NCBI GenBank assembly: GCA_963666285.1
Contig: OY762711.1
Length of the DNA stretch: 64,000 bases
Direction: 5' to 3' (one strand)
Origin: Sedimentisphaerales bacterium
Lineage (GTDB): Bacteria > Planctomycetota > Phycisphaerae > Sedimentisphaerales > SM23-30
A program made the translations under genes and the position numbers. Shown here piece by piece: positions 29,033 through 40,300 of the stretch (within the stretch, counting starts at the first letter, position 1; each line of letters opens with the position of its first letter). The notes under the pieces are model-generated. The model did not search any database, was not told where the DNA came from, and saw only the letters and a program-made list of their open reading frames with translations.

Positions 29033-32000
29033 TGAATTTGTGCAGCATTCGATTAAAAGTTCAGTATCTTGCATTATTAATTTTGATGCCGGGGTTCTTT
29101 TCAGGTGTGAAAGCTTATAATCCTCCTGAAAGGATTATGGTTAACTGCCCGACTTTTGAAGGCCAGACCGGGCGGGAACTTAGGTATCAGCCGGATGGTA
29201 CTGACTTTGTGATCGTAAACGGTAAAGAATCGTTTAACCGTCCTCTTTATGGCGGAAACTCTGCCCTGAGGGTAGATGCCGGCGATGTGCCGGAGTTTTC
29301 CTTTTATATGCCGCGTCATGGCGGAAATGTCCGTTTTGGTGTGAAGGGAGATAATGGCATAAAATGGCTGCTGAATGCCGATAATATTGTCAGCCGCTAT
29401 CGTCCCGGATCGATGGTGTATGAAATTACTGATCCTGTTTTGGGCGACAGCAGGCTCATCCTGACGGTAATCAGCTTATATGAAACTGAAGGGCTGGTTG
29501 CAAAAGCCGAAATAGATGGCGATATTACAGTCGAACTTGTTACTGCTTATGGCGGTATTGGAGGACGTAAAGGTAAACGCAGTGGTGATATCGGCTGTGA
29601 AAGTGAACCGGTAAGTGAGTTTTTCCGGCTGAAACCTCAATATTGTAAAGATAATAAAATTGAAATCTTTAACCAGAAAAGCTTTTTGATTGATAGCAAG
29701 TTTGCCAGATTTTACGGAGCTTTTTCCAGTAAAACAGATATCAGAATAGTTGATTCCAGGTGCTGGTCAAATCTTTCTGATCTGCTGGATTCAGCTGGTG
29801 AAGAACTGGAGTTACCGCTGGTTCTCGGTAGTACAAGCTTATCAGCTGATAGGCCTGTCATTTTTGCCTTGCAGAGGAATGAACGGTTAGATACTGAGGT
29901 TTTGGATCAATTATTTTCAAGCAGTGATTTTAGCCGTAAGGAAATAGCTGACAGGGTAATTGTAGAGACACCGGATGATTATATCAATGCTGCTTCGAAG
30001 GCTTTGTGTATCGCAGCGGATGCTATCTGGGACGGAGATATTGGTTCGGTGCTGCATGGCGCTGTTGCCTGGCGGAGCAAGTATCTCGGTTGGCGCGGGC
30101 CATATGCCAATGATGTTTTGGGCTGGCACGATAGAGCTGAAACTCATCTGAAATACTGGTCGTCCAAACAAAATACAAAGCCGGTACCTGAAAAGATCCT
30201 GCCCGCTGATCCAACCGCTCACCTGGCTAGAAATGAACCGTCATTACATAGTAACGGCGATATGTCTGGTAAGCATTATGATATGAACCTGGTTTATATT
30301 GATGCATTGATCAGACATATACTCTGGACCGGTGATTTGCAGTTGGCTGAGCAGTTGTGGCCCGTTATTGAACGGCATATGGCATGGGAAAGACGTTTGT
30401 TCAGGAGGACTTATAGTGATGATGAACTGCCGTTATACGAGGCCTATGCGGCAATATGGGCCAGTGACGATATGCAGTATCATGGCGGGGGAGTTACCTA
30501 TACTTCGTCGTATAACTACTATCACAACCTGATGGCAGCTTGCTTGGCGGAAAAACTGGGTAAGGATCCATCGTCCTACCGGCAGGAAGCGGAATTAATT
30601 ATCCGGGGCATGAGAAAATATCTCTGGCTTTCAGAAAAGGGCTGGTATGGCGAATGGAAAGACCTGCTCGGTCTGCAGGAGGTTCATCCGGCAGCCGGTT
30701 TGTGGAGCTTTTACCATACCCTTGACTCAGAAGCAGTCTCGTCAATGGAAGCATGGCAGATGTCGCGGTATGTCGATACCGGTATTGCCCATATACCCGT
30801 TCATGGCGGTAGCATTCCGGAAGGTAAATATCATACTATGCCTACTTCGAACTGGATGCCTTATACCTGGTCAACTAATAATGTCGTTACCGCGGAGGTG
30901 GCTCATACTGCACTGGCATACTGGCAGGCAAATCGACCTGAAAAAGCGTTTTCCTTGTTAAAGGGGGCAATTCTTGACAATATGTTTATGGGGATTTGCC
31001 CGGGTAATGCAGGCATGACTACCTATTTTGATATGGCACGCGGTGAGTCCCAGAGGGATTTTGGTGATGGTGTCGGCTGTCTTTCACGGGCTATTGTTGA
31101 AGGCTTGTTTGGTATTAAACCGGACATGTTGTCTGGTGAATTGACAATAGCTCCCGGGTTCCCGATTGAGTGGAAGCATGCTAAAATCGATCACCCTGAT
31201 ATCTTTTTCGAGTACCAGGCCAGCGGAAATTCTGACAGATATTCTATCAAGTCGAGGTTTCCTGTATCTCAATCTCTCAGGCTCCGGGTACGTGCCCGCG
31301 GAACCGATATAGAAACTGTTACAGTCAATGGCAGTCCGGCGGATTGGACTGTCGTTAAGGATTCGATAGGTTGTTGTTATATAGAAATAGAAAGCAGACC
31401 GGCTAAGGATTTCGATATTAAAATTACCTGGAAAGGTAATGCACCTGATAAATCTTTGCCGCTGCAAATCGCAAATAATGGTAATGATATAAAACTAAGG
31501 TTTCAGGATGCTTCTATAATTGAAGTGTCTGACCCTCAGGGTGTATTGGATAATATCGAAACTAAAGCAGATTCAATGACAGCTCAAGTGAATGGTGAAT
31601 TGGGTTTCAGAACTGTATTTGCCAGGCTTCAGCAAGGCAATATGAAATGGTGGCAGCCGATTGAGTTTGAGATAAAAACACCTTACGAAATTGTTCCGCT
31701 TACCGAACAGAAAAATGATTCTCTAAGCTTCAGAATACAGAATAATACCGGTCAGGCTGTAGCCGGCAAAGCGATAGTCCGAATCGGTCATATATCAAAG
31801 AATATTGCAATAGATATTCCTGGTTTTACAATATCCGATACAATTGTTCTTTCTGGAAAAGACTTTTTATTGATACCGGGCACTAACAGTATTTCTATTG
31901 ATATTGGCAAGGATGTTTGTATATCCGGAAATGTTACCAACTGGCATATCACTAACTCAGAAATTATTACTGATTCAGAGCCTGTAGATCTTGGCTGTTT

Positions 32001-32682
32001 TTATAATGATAAAATAACCCGGATATTCCAAAATGAGTACTTGAGCCCTCGTTCTCCTTATTGTTCGCTGGCAATTCCAAAGCAGGGTATAGGCAGCTGG
32101 TGTAATTTTGCTAAAACTTTTGAGGTTGACGATTCCGGCATACGTCAGGCGGCGAAATCGGGGCTGTTTGAATTGCCGCAGGGTGTGTCCTTTAAGCTGC
32201 CGTTGGATAGTAATAAAGCGAATTGCATATTTACTACCCAGTGGGATAATTATCCCGATTCTATCGATATTTCTCTTTCAGGTAAAGGCAGGCATTTGTA
32301 TCTGCTTATGGCCGGCTCAACTAATTCCATGCAAAGCCGGTTTGATAACGGAGAAGTTATTGTAACTTATACGGATGGTACTGCCCAAAGGCTGGCTCTT
32401 TGCAACCCTTCAACCTGGTGGCCTATCGATCAGGATTATTTTATTGATGACTATGGTTTTAAGCGTCCGGACTCTATTCCTCCGCGAATAGACCTGAAGA
32501 CAGGAAAGGTCAGGGTTTATAATTTAAGCGAATTTAAAGGTAAGGGGGGCGAGGTGCCAGGCGGGGCCGCTACAGTTCTTGACTTACCGCTTGATGATGG
32601 CAAAGAATTAGATAAGTTAACAGTACGAGCTCTTGCCAATGAGGTTATTATTGGCTTAATGAGCGCAACTATTGTCAGATAA
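29032..32682 (+). CDS. Large secreted DUF4450-like protein with a probable (alpha/alpha)6 glycosidase-like core; function unknown
   Basis: N-terminal LRYQPDG.DFVIVNG...FNRPLYG resembles DUF4450 (from recall); HGAVAWR, YDMNLVYID, IWASD; TAATG coupling to the upstream stop. Confidence 0.65.
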   Translation: MNLCSIRLKVQYLALLILMPGFFSGVKAYNPPERIMVNCPTFEGQTGRELRYQPDGTDFVIVNGKESFNRPLYGGNSALRVDAGDVPEFSFYMPRHGGNVRFGVKGDNGIKWLLNADNIVSRYRPGSMVYEITDPVLGDSRLILTVISLYETEGLVAKAEIDGDITVELVTAYGGIGGRKGKRSGDIGCESEPVSEFFRLKPQYCKDNKIEIFNQKSFLIDSKFARFYGAFSSKTDIRIVDSRCWSNLSDLLDSAGEELELPLVLGSTSLSADRPVIFALQRNERLDTEVLDQLFSSSDFSRKEIADRVIVETPDDYINAASKALCIAADAIWDGDIGSVLHGAVAWRSKYLGWRGPYANDVLGWHDRAETHLKYWSSKQNTKPVPEKILPADPTAHLARNEPSLHSNGDMSGKHYDMNLVYIDALIRHILWTGDLQLAEQLWPVIERHMAWERRLFRRTYSDDELPLYEAYAAIWASDDMQYHGGGVTYTSSYNYYHNLMAACLAEKLGKDPSSYRQEAELIIRGMRKYLWLSEKGWYGEWKDLLGLQEVHPAAGLWSFYHTLDSEAVSSMEAWQMSRYVDTGIAHIPVHGGSIPEGKYHTMPTSNWMPYTWSTNNVVTAEVAHTALAYWQANRPEKAFSLLKGAILDNMFMGICPGNAGMTTYFDMARGESQRDFGDGVGCLSRAIVEGLFGIKPDMLSGELTIAPGFPIEWKHAKIDHPDIFFEYQASGNSDRYSIKSRFPVSQSLRLRVRARGTDIETVTVNGSPADWTVVKDSIGCCYIEIESRPAKDFDIKITWKGNAPDKSLPLQIANNGNDIKLRFQDASIIEVSDPQGVLDNIETKADSMTAQVNGELGFRTVFARLQQGNMKWWQPIEFEIKTPYEIVPLTEQKNDSLSFRIQNNTGQAVAGKAIVRIGHISKNIAIDIPGFTISDTIVLSGKDFLLIPGTNSISIDIGKDVCISGNVTNWHITNSEIITDSEPVDLGCFYNDKITRIFQNEYLSPRSPYCSLAIPKQGIGSWCNFAKTFEVDDSGIRQAAKSGLFELPQGVSFKLPLDSNKANCIFTTQWDNYPDSIDISLSGKGRHLYLLMAGSTNSMQSRFDNGEVIVTYTDGTAQRLALCNPSTWWPIDQDYFIDDYGFKRPDSIPPRIDLKTGKVRVYNLSEFKGKGGEVPGGAATVLDLPLDDGKELDKLTVRALANEVIIGLMSATIVR

Positions 32683-32693
32683 AGGTTATTACA

Positions 32694-34370
32694 ATGAGAA
32701 ACAAGGCGTATATTAGCGTATTTTTAATACTTGTGATTTCATTTTCTGCTTTTGGAAGAGGGTTTCCATGGCAGCGTTACAGGGCTAAATCGGATTCCTG
32801 GTATAAAACAGAAGAAGCCCGGCAGGTAACTGAAAATGTACTGGCGTCCCAGGATGAGTATGGTTCATGGCCGAAAAATATTAATACTGCCATGCAGATA
32901 CCTGCTGATACAGAAGAAGACCTGAGAGGCACATTTGATAATAGCGCAACCACCGGAGAAATGAGATTTTTAGCCCATGCGTTTAATGTTACCGGAGATA
33001 AACGCTGTAAGGATTCATTTATTAAGGGGCTTGATCTGATATTTAAGGCACAATATCCTACCGGAGGCTGGCCGCAGCGATATCCGCCAGGAAAATACTA
33101 TCACAGGCACATTACCTTCAATGATGGTGCCATGGTCAGGCTTATGGATTTTCTCAGGGAAGTATATACTTCGAGTGACTATGAATTCATTGGTGATGAC
33201 CGTAGGGAATCTGCCCGAAAGGCATTTGATCGCGGCATAGAATGTATCTTAAAGTGTCAGATTAAAGTAAATGGTAAGCTTACCGTATGGTGTGCTCAGC
33301 ATGATGAAATTGATTACAGCCCCCGACCGGCCCGGTCATATGAGCTGGTTTCACTCAGTGGTGGCGAAAGTGCTGATATTCTAAAGCTGCTTATGAGCAT
33401 CGAACCGCCGACACCGGAAATTGTTAAGTCTGTTTCTGCTGCTGTACAGTGGTATCATGGATCATCAATAGACGGTCTGAAACTAATAAGGGCCGGCGGC
33501 AAGTTCCTTGTTGACAAAAATCCGGATGCCAAACCTGTTTGGGCCCGGTTTTATGAGATTGAAACGAATCGTCCATTCTTTTGTGATCGTGACGGCATAA
33601 GAAAATATAACTATAATGAAATAGATCAGGAACGAAGTACCAGTTACGCCTGGTACGGTCAGTGGGGAGAAGAAGTTTTTGGCTACTATGAAAAATGGTC
33701 GGAGAAATGGTCTCATTTATTGTTGCCGGAAGGGACAAAGATAATTGCTATTATTGGTGATTCAACGGTTTGCGATTACCCGAAAGAGGGCGTTAGACGA
33801 GGCTGGGGGCAATTTATCCAGGAATATCTGGATGATTCTCTTAGAGTTTATAATTTTGCTAAAAGCGGTCGCAGTACAAAAACTTTTATCAAAGAAGGGC
33901 TATGGGAACATACTCTTGCTGTAAAACCGGCATATATTCTGATCCAATTTGGCCATAATGACTCGCACGCCCCGGAAAACCCGGAATCAACCGATGCTAA
34001 TAGTGATTATCGTGAGTATTTGCGTCAATATATAGACCAGGCTCGTAATATTGGTGCAGTTCCGGTATTAGTTACCCCTATGTATCGCCGTAAATTTGAC
34101 GATGAAGGTAAAATCAAAGATAATTTGCTGCCCTATGCGAATGCAATGAAAAGTGTTGCCCAAGAGAAAAATGTGCCGCTTATTGATCTAAATACTGCCA
34201 GTGAAAAGCTTTATCTCAAGCTTGGCCCGGAAAAGGTAGTAGAGTTTGCTAACTCTTCAACTGACCAGACTCATTTCAACCAGAATGGGGCAAGAGTTAT
34301 GGCCGAACTGGTAATGGAGCAGTTACCAGTAGTTGAATCTTCCATAAAGCAATATCTCAAACAAGATTAA
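32694..34370 (+). CDS. PL10 pectate lyase fused to CE12 (SGNH) rhamnogalacturonan/pectin acetylesterase
   Basis: PL10: GSWPKN, TFDNSAT, GGWPQRYP, HITFNDGAM, WCAQHD, ARSYEL, WARFYE; CE12: IGDSTV, GWGQ, GRST, IQFGHND, DQTHF. Confidence 0.92.
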   Translation: MRNKAYISVFLILVISFSAFGRGFPWQRYRAKSDSWYKTEEARQVTENVLASQDEYGSWPKNINTAMQIPADTEEDLRGTFDNSATTGEMRFLAHAFNVTGDKRCKDSFIKGLDLIFKAQYPTGGWPQRYPPGKYYHRHITFNDGAMVRLMDFLREVYTSSDYEFIGDDRRESARKAFDRGIECILKCQIKVNGKLTVWCAQHDEIDYSPRPARSYELVSLSGGESADILKLLMSIEPPTPEIVKSVSAAVQWYHGSSIDGLKLIRAGGKFLVDKNPDAKPVWARFYEIETNRPFFCDRDGIRKYNYNEIDQERSTSYAWYGQWGEEVFGYYEKWSEKWSHLLLPEGTKIIAIIGDSTVCDYPKEGVRRGWGQFIQEYLDDSLRVYNFAKSGRSTKTFIKEGLWEHTLAVKPAYILIQFGHNDSHAPENPESTDANSDYREYLRQYIDQARNIGAVPVLVTPMYRRKFDDEGKIKDNLLPYANAMKSVAQEKNVPLIDLNTASEKLYLKLGPEKVVEFANSSTDQTHFNQNGARVMAELVMEQLPVVESSIKQYLKQD

Positions 34371-34582
34371 ATGCGTCATATGGGAAATATAGGAAATCTG
34401 TTATCTTACATATAGGAGCTAGCTAGATTACCGTATTACCATCTTTTAACACCTCTAGCTAATTATGGCATGATACAAATAAGATAAAATTCAATATAAC
34501 TATAATCATTTGTTGAAATATACAAGATAACAATTTATAGACAATTTGTCGTATTGTAACCCTTTCACAGAGTTACTGTTCC

Positions 34583-34592
34583 TGCGCGAAAT
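34583..34592 (+). promoter_or_regulatory. TGCGCGAAAT candidate operator site
   Basis: Exact motif in the AT-rich intergenic region upstream of the lyase operon. Confidence 0.5.
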
Positions 34593-34790
34593 TGAGTAAA
34601 ATAATTCGCTTTTTGATGGTTTTCTGCATGTATGTGTAATTATGGATTATTAAAGTTTAGTATACATTTCAAGAAGTATGCTTTTCAATTATTCCACGTG
34701 TAATATATATGTTCTTATAACCATTTTTTTACACGTAGAAGGTTCATAATTGGATATGTTCTGTTTACGTAAGAAATTACATATACTATT

Positions 34791-34800
34791 TGCGCGAAAT
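34791..34800 (+). promoter_or_regulatory. TGCGCGAAAT candidate operator site
   Basis: Second exact copy in the same intergenic region. Confidence 0.5.
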
Positions 34801-34983
34801 ACACTTTTATTGTTCGTTATATTAGCTTGTTTTGGTGATATTAATTGCCGATAATGGTGACATAAGCTTAAGGAATTTTCTTTTTTATTTTTATAAGTTT
34901 TCATTCTCGAGAAATCGTATGTCTTTTGCCATATCCATATGCAAAAGAGAAGTTATTCAAATATTTTTTGGAGGTATTTATTG

Positions 34984-37179
34984 ATGGTTAGAAGATTTTG
35001 TTTTGGAATGTTTCTTGTCTTTTCCCTCGCAGTTTTATGTAATTCTGCATCTGCTATTACTGATCCGAATATGATCACAGGTATTGCTAAGACTAATAGC
35101 GTTGCTGAAGAAGATCTGTTAATTCACAATGGTGGTTTGCAGGTAGATGCGGTATCACATGTTGACCGTACTTTTGTCATTACAGATACCGGAGCGTTAG
35201 GTGGTATTGATTATGTCCAAACAGCAGTTGATGACAAAACAAATGCTAGTTTACAATATGATGTAACCGTTGACACAGCCGGTAAGCTACTACTGCTGTT
35301 TGATAATCGCGTAAATGGTGACGGTTCTAAAGATGCAACTACTCCACCGGATCTAAGTGGCATTACTGAAGCTGCCTGGGTCGAAAATGATGGTTTTGTT
35401 CAAACTGCATATCAGATTGTTGTTAATGATGTTCCTATGACTGCTTATGTTAAAGATGTTACTGCCGGTACTTACTCTACTTATTCTCAGGGTACAAGTA
35501 GCAGCTATGTTACTTACCTTATTGCAGCTGTTCCAGATGGCTACAATCTGCCTCCAGTGGTAGCAGGTGTACCAGAAAATGCTTCAATTGCTCCAGGTGA
35601 AACTCTTGATATAGATGCAACAGCAACAGATTTGTTTGGATCAAATACAAATCTGACTTTCAGCTGGGTCAAAACATCAGGTGATGCCGTTACTTTTTCA
35701 CCAAATACCGGTTCTGAAGATGTATCGGTTTCTTTTGCTGCTGAAGGTGAATATACTTTGCAGTTGACAGTTACTGATGGTAATAATACACAGGTTGTTA
35801 AAACCATTGCCGTTTCTGTAGAAATTCCTAAGTTTGAGCTTGATATAGCTCAACATATTGAAGTTGGTAATGACAATAAAATGAGTTCTACCAGCCATAA
35901 TACTAGTACTCCTATGAATATTAGAAATTACAATGGTACAGATCAATGGAGACATCGTGTAACATACTTGAAATTTGATATTTCTTCTTTGAAGGAAGAA
36001 GGGAAAGCTTTTGCCAATACCTTTATCAATTTCTATTATCGTAAAGGCTCATCTTCGGCTTCTATGTATGTTTATGGCTTAAAAGAAGACCTTGATGATG
36101 TTGATTTAAGTTCAGGCACCTGGGCAAATATGCCGGGCGTTCAAAATAGTCCGGTTCCGGATTATACTACCCCAATTACTATCGACAGTGTTGATCTTGC
36201 AGATCTTTCTCCGGTATTGCTAGAGGTCCATGGCTTCCAGGCCGATGAAACTATAGATAGCTACCATAAATGGTGTGCAACTGATACAGCAGCCGGTTTG
36301 GATGAATTTATGAATGCTGATTCCGACGGTATTGTTATTTTAATGCTGGTTACTTTTGCTGAAAGTCCTGACTTTGAAATTTGGAGTGAAACCTATCTGT
36401 CTGGCAATATCATTGAACCTGATTATGCTACTGGTCCTACACCTACTATCAACGAAGAAGTTGGTGCTGACCTTCCTCAGTTGTCATGGAATAATCCTTC
36501 TGGTGAAGGCACAATTACATCTGATGTTTATATTGCTGAAGGTATTTGTGAGCCAAATGATGTAATTGGTAATGGTGATGGATTTGAGTCATTAGTTGAA
36601 GATACTACAGATACATTTGTAGCTCTTGAAGAAGGAGATATAGTTGGCGGCACAGCTTACAGCTGGTTGGTAGTATCAACAGATAGTGCGACCGGAACTC
36701 CTGTAAGAGGTCCTGTCTGGACATTTAGTGTTGTTTCAGATCTGGCTCCGGAAGTTAACATTGTTAATGATACCGAATATATCTGGTACGGCAATACCGA
36801 TAATGCGGCATATGCTGAGGTTACACTGGTAGGTGAAGTTAGTGATGACCACGATACTGTTACTCCTCTGTGGGAAGATGTATCTGATAATGGAGGTAAT
36901 GTAATTCCTGCTGGTGAAGAAAACAGTTCTTCTATCACTCTTCAGCTTGCTGATGTTGGTACTTATACCATTAAGCTTAGTGCTACAGATAATTCAGAGC
37001 AGACTTCTTATGATTCTGTAACAATCGTAGTTGCTGAAACCGCTTGTGATGCTGCCAAGGAAGTACCTGGCTATGAAGCGAATCCGGCCGACTTAAACAA
37101 TGATTGTAAGGTCAATTTTGCCGACTTTGTTAAATTGGCAGAGTCTTGGCTGGACTGTAATTCTTTGGATTGTGACTAA
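34984..37179 (+). CDS. Secreted acidic non-catalytic multi-domain protein (PKD/Ig-like repeats, DNRLRE-like domain, FN3-like module, single C-terminal dockerin-like motif)
   Basis: GGAGG RBS before ATG 34984 (track start 34939); signal peptide; SW.KTSG...F...GEYTLQLTVTDG; RVTYLKFDIS; ADLNNDCKVNFADFVKLAESWLDC; no catalytic motif recognised. Confidence 0.78.
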   Translation: MVRRFCFGMFLVFSLAVLCNSASAITDPNMITGIAKTNSVAEEDLLIHNGGLQVDAVSHVDRTFVITDTGALGGIDYVQTAVDDKTNASLQYDVTVDTAGKLLLLFDNRVNGDGSKDATTPPDLSGITEAAWVENDGFVQTAYQIVVNDVPMTAYVKDVTAGTYSTYSQGTSSSYVTYLIAAVPDGYNLPPVVAGVPENASIAPGETLDIDATATDLFGSNTNLTFSWVKTSGDAVTFSPNTGSEDVSVSFAAEGEYTLQLTVTDGNNTQVVKTIAVSVEIPKFELDIAQHIEVGNDNKMSSTSHNTSTPMNIRNYNGTDQWRHRVTYLKFDISSLKEEGKAFANTFINFYYRKGSSSASMYVYGLKEDLDDVDLSSGTWANMPGVQNSPVPDYTTPITIDSVDLADLSPVLLEVHGFQADETIDSYHKWCATDTAAGLDEFMNADSDGIVILMLVTFAESPDFEIWSETYLSGNIIEPDYATGPTPTINEEVGADLPQLSWNNPSGEGTITSDVYIAEGICEPNDVIGNGDGFESLVEDTTDTFVALEEGDIVGGTAYSWLVVSTDSATGTPVRGPVWTFSVVSDLAPEVNIVNDTEYIWYGNTDNAAYAEVTLVGEVSDDHDTVTPLWEDVSDNGGNVIPAGEENSSSITLQLADVGTYTIKLSATDNSEQTSYDSVTIVVAETACDAAKEVPGYEANPADLNNDCKVNFADFVKLAESWLDCNSLDCD

Positions 37180-37222
37180 TATTACTATTGTTTTTTGATA
37201 GTAAGTAATGATGAATAGTATG

Positions 37223-37252
37223 GTGGCCGGGCACAGTAATGTGTCTGGCCAC
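37223..37252 (+). terminator. GC-rich stem-loop after the first gene of the lyase operon
   Basis: GTGGCCGGGCACA-GTAA-TGTGTCTGGCCAC; T run about 12 nt downstream. Confidence 0.65.
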
Positions 37253-37368
37253 TGCTATATAATTGTTTTTTTTGACACATCTTGGGGTGAAGTTGGGCTG
37301 TTTTATCGTGAGCTGGTGGAGCTTGCATGTTAAAGAGAATCTTAATTTATAGAGTAGAGCGTTAAGAA

Positions 37369-40300
37369 ATGAAATTAAAAGGGATAGTGTTTATTATATT
37401 ATTATTTTTTTGTACCGGTTCTTTGTTTGCTGATGTCAGCTGGAATGCCAGTTCAGGAGATTGGGAATCCGATGGTAACTGGAGTACCGGAAGTAAACCA
37501 GATGGCACCCAGAATATCGTTATTGGGTACAGTTCATCTTCTGTATGTACTCTGGATACAGATGAAGGCATGCTGGGAGTTCGAAGTTATGTTAAAAACG
37601 GACAGACATTAAGGATCGTAAGCGGCGGCAGATTTGGCACTACCTGGACAAGGTGGGCTGATGGTTCTTCGGCAACGATAAATATGTCGGGTACCGGCAC
37701 ATACCAGATGAACGATGATGACCTGTACGTCGGTTTTGCCGGTGGTAATTGCGTTCTAACGATGAGTGACTCAAGCACTATTACTATTAACGATGATACT
37801 GATGATGAAGAAGAGCTTTATATTGCCTGTGGCGGTGATGCTTTGTTCCGGCTTAACGGTTCGAATCTTACCGTTGAGACAGATCAGTTATTTATCAGCC
37901 GTATGCGTTTTGGCGAAACATATGGGGTCGCTACCTTGGAATATGTTATGGATGCAGGCGGAGCGAGCCCAATCGTAACAAAATACTGCTATTTGGGTGA
38001 AGCAGGAATTTCCGGAACTGCAAATTTAGTTGTATCATCAGCTTCTAACCTGGCTGAAGAAGATATTGTACTTATTGATGTTACCTATACTTCGGCTATT
38101 ACCGGTAATGGTGTTTTTGATACCTTAAATGGTGGTGCCGCTTCTGAAGGTACTGAGATTCTTTTAGGAAACAATGTTTATGCTCTGACATATCAATATG
38201 ATGCTGAAAATGATGGAGCTGATAATGATGTTGCTCTGGAATTTGTCAGGTCAGCAGATTATATGGCAAAATCACCAGCCCCGGAAAATTCGGCTGTGTT
38301 GGGAATGAGCCCGTCAGTTTTAAGTTGGACAACTCCAGAACCGGCTGATGGCAGCAGCTCTGTTATCTGTATTGTATATTTCGGAAAGCAAATGAATCGT
38401 TCGGCTATGGATGCTGCAATAGCTCCGGAAGGAACTCTTTCAATTGAAATTTCAGCAGATAATTTCCCAGTTTATGGCAAAAAAAATCTTGATGACTTGA
38501 ATACATACTATTGGGTGGTTGATTGTTTGGATACCAGTGAAGGAGCTAGCACTGATGATGGAAAGGGACTTTTCTGGACCTTCTCAATTGACTACAGTCT
38601 GCCGCCGTATCCTTATGCAACTGAGCCTTCACCTGCTGTTAACAGTTCGGTAGACCCAGAGAGTATATTATCATGGCAGCCTGGCGAAAATTCTATCCGT
38701 AGTGAAGTTTATTTCGGGACAAGCTCTGATGCCGTCAGCAATGCCCAAAGATTAAATGGTGATATAGATGGTGATGGTACGGTTGACCTTTTAGACTTGA
38801 ACAGCCTGGTACAGCAATGGCTGGGAACTCCTTCCTGTGTCGGTTTATATGGAGAAGGAACAGTTGATATGTCAGACTTTAATGCTGTTAGTAAAGAGTG
38901 GCAGAATTCAGCAGATTCGACTTTTCTTGGTTCTACTTCAGGTTCTATGGTTGACCCCGGTGTTCTGAATAATAATACTTATTATTACTGGCGTGTAGAT
39001 TCTGTTAATTGTGACGGTGTTGAGGCAGGAGAGGTATGGAGATTCAAGACAAAGCTACCGGCATTTCCGGGTGCTGACGGTTTCGGAAAATGGGCGACCG
39101 GTGGTCGCGGCGGCAGTGTATATCATGTTACCAACTTGAATGATTCCGGTGAAGGGTCATTCCGTGATGCGGTCAGCGGTACAAACCGGACAATTGTTTT
39201 TGATGTAGGCGGAATTATTAATATCGACGAAAGAATAGTAATGAGCAAGGATATTACTATTGCCGGTCAGACAGCACCTGGTGAAGGTATTATGATATAC
39301 GGCAATGGTGTTTCTTATACTGATGCTAACCGAACAATTACTCGGTACATGCGTTATCGAATGGGAAGATATGGTACTGCTGATAAAGATGCCGTTGCTA
39401 TTGCAGACGGTACTAATATGATATTTGACCATTGTTCGGTAGCGTGGGGCAGGGATGAAAACTTCTCCATTAGCGGCGGAACAGGTGAGTCTCCGGGGCT
39501 GATCACAATCCAGGATTCTATTATTGCCCAGGGGCTTGTCGATCACTCATGTGGCGGATTAATTCGCTGTTTTGAAGGTGGTGTGAGTATTATCCGTACA
39601 CTTTATATTGATAGTGATACTCGAAATCCTCAAGTTCGTGGTATAAATGAATTTATTAATAATGTCGTTTATAATTGGGATGATGCGGCCTATTCAATGG
39701 GTAAATCCTCTGAAGCTATATCGTATGCTAACGTATTTAATAATTATATGATTAAAGGGCCGAATTCTGATGCTGTCCCATACAATTGGGGTGCTCCCGG
39801 ATTTCATATTTATCCTGAAGGTAACATGTATGATAGTGACCGGGACGGGATATTGGATGGATATCTTTTATCTGATTCCTCCTATTCTGACCAGGAAGCA
39901 ACGGTTGTATCTCAGCCGTATGATTATCCCTCTGTGAATACAATGCTGAGTGCTTCAGCTTCTGTTAAATATGTAGCTTCTCAATCTGGTGCTTCATTCC
40001 CGGCAAGAGACCATACTGATAAATATTTGTATAATGATTTATTGTCTTTTGGAACCAGCGGGCAGCTGATATCAAACGAGAATGATTCTCCATTGTACGG
40101 TGTTGGTACTTTAGAAAATGGTCATAATCCAATAGATACCGATCAGGACGGCATACCTGATTACTGGGAAGATACCGTTGCCGGTCTCAATAAATATAAT
40201 GCGGATAATAATGGCGATGTTGACGGTGATGGATATACCAACCTGGAAAATTATATCAACTGGTTAGGTGCCCCGCATGCAAACGTGCAAAAGAATGTAA

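Noticed and set aside
34689..34904. 71-aa minus-strand ORF
   Set aside because: It overlaps the promoter region and candidate operator of the lyase operon and has low-complexity composition
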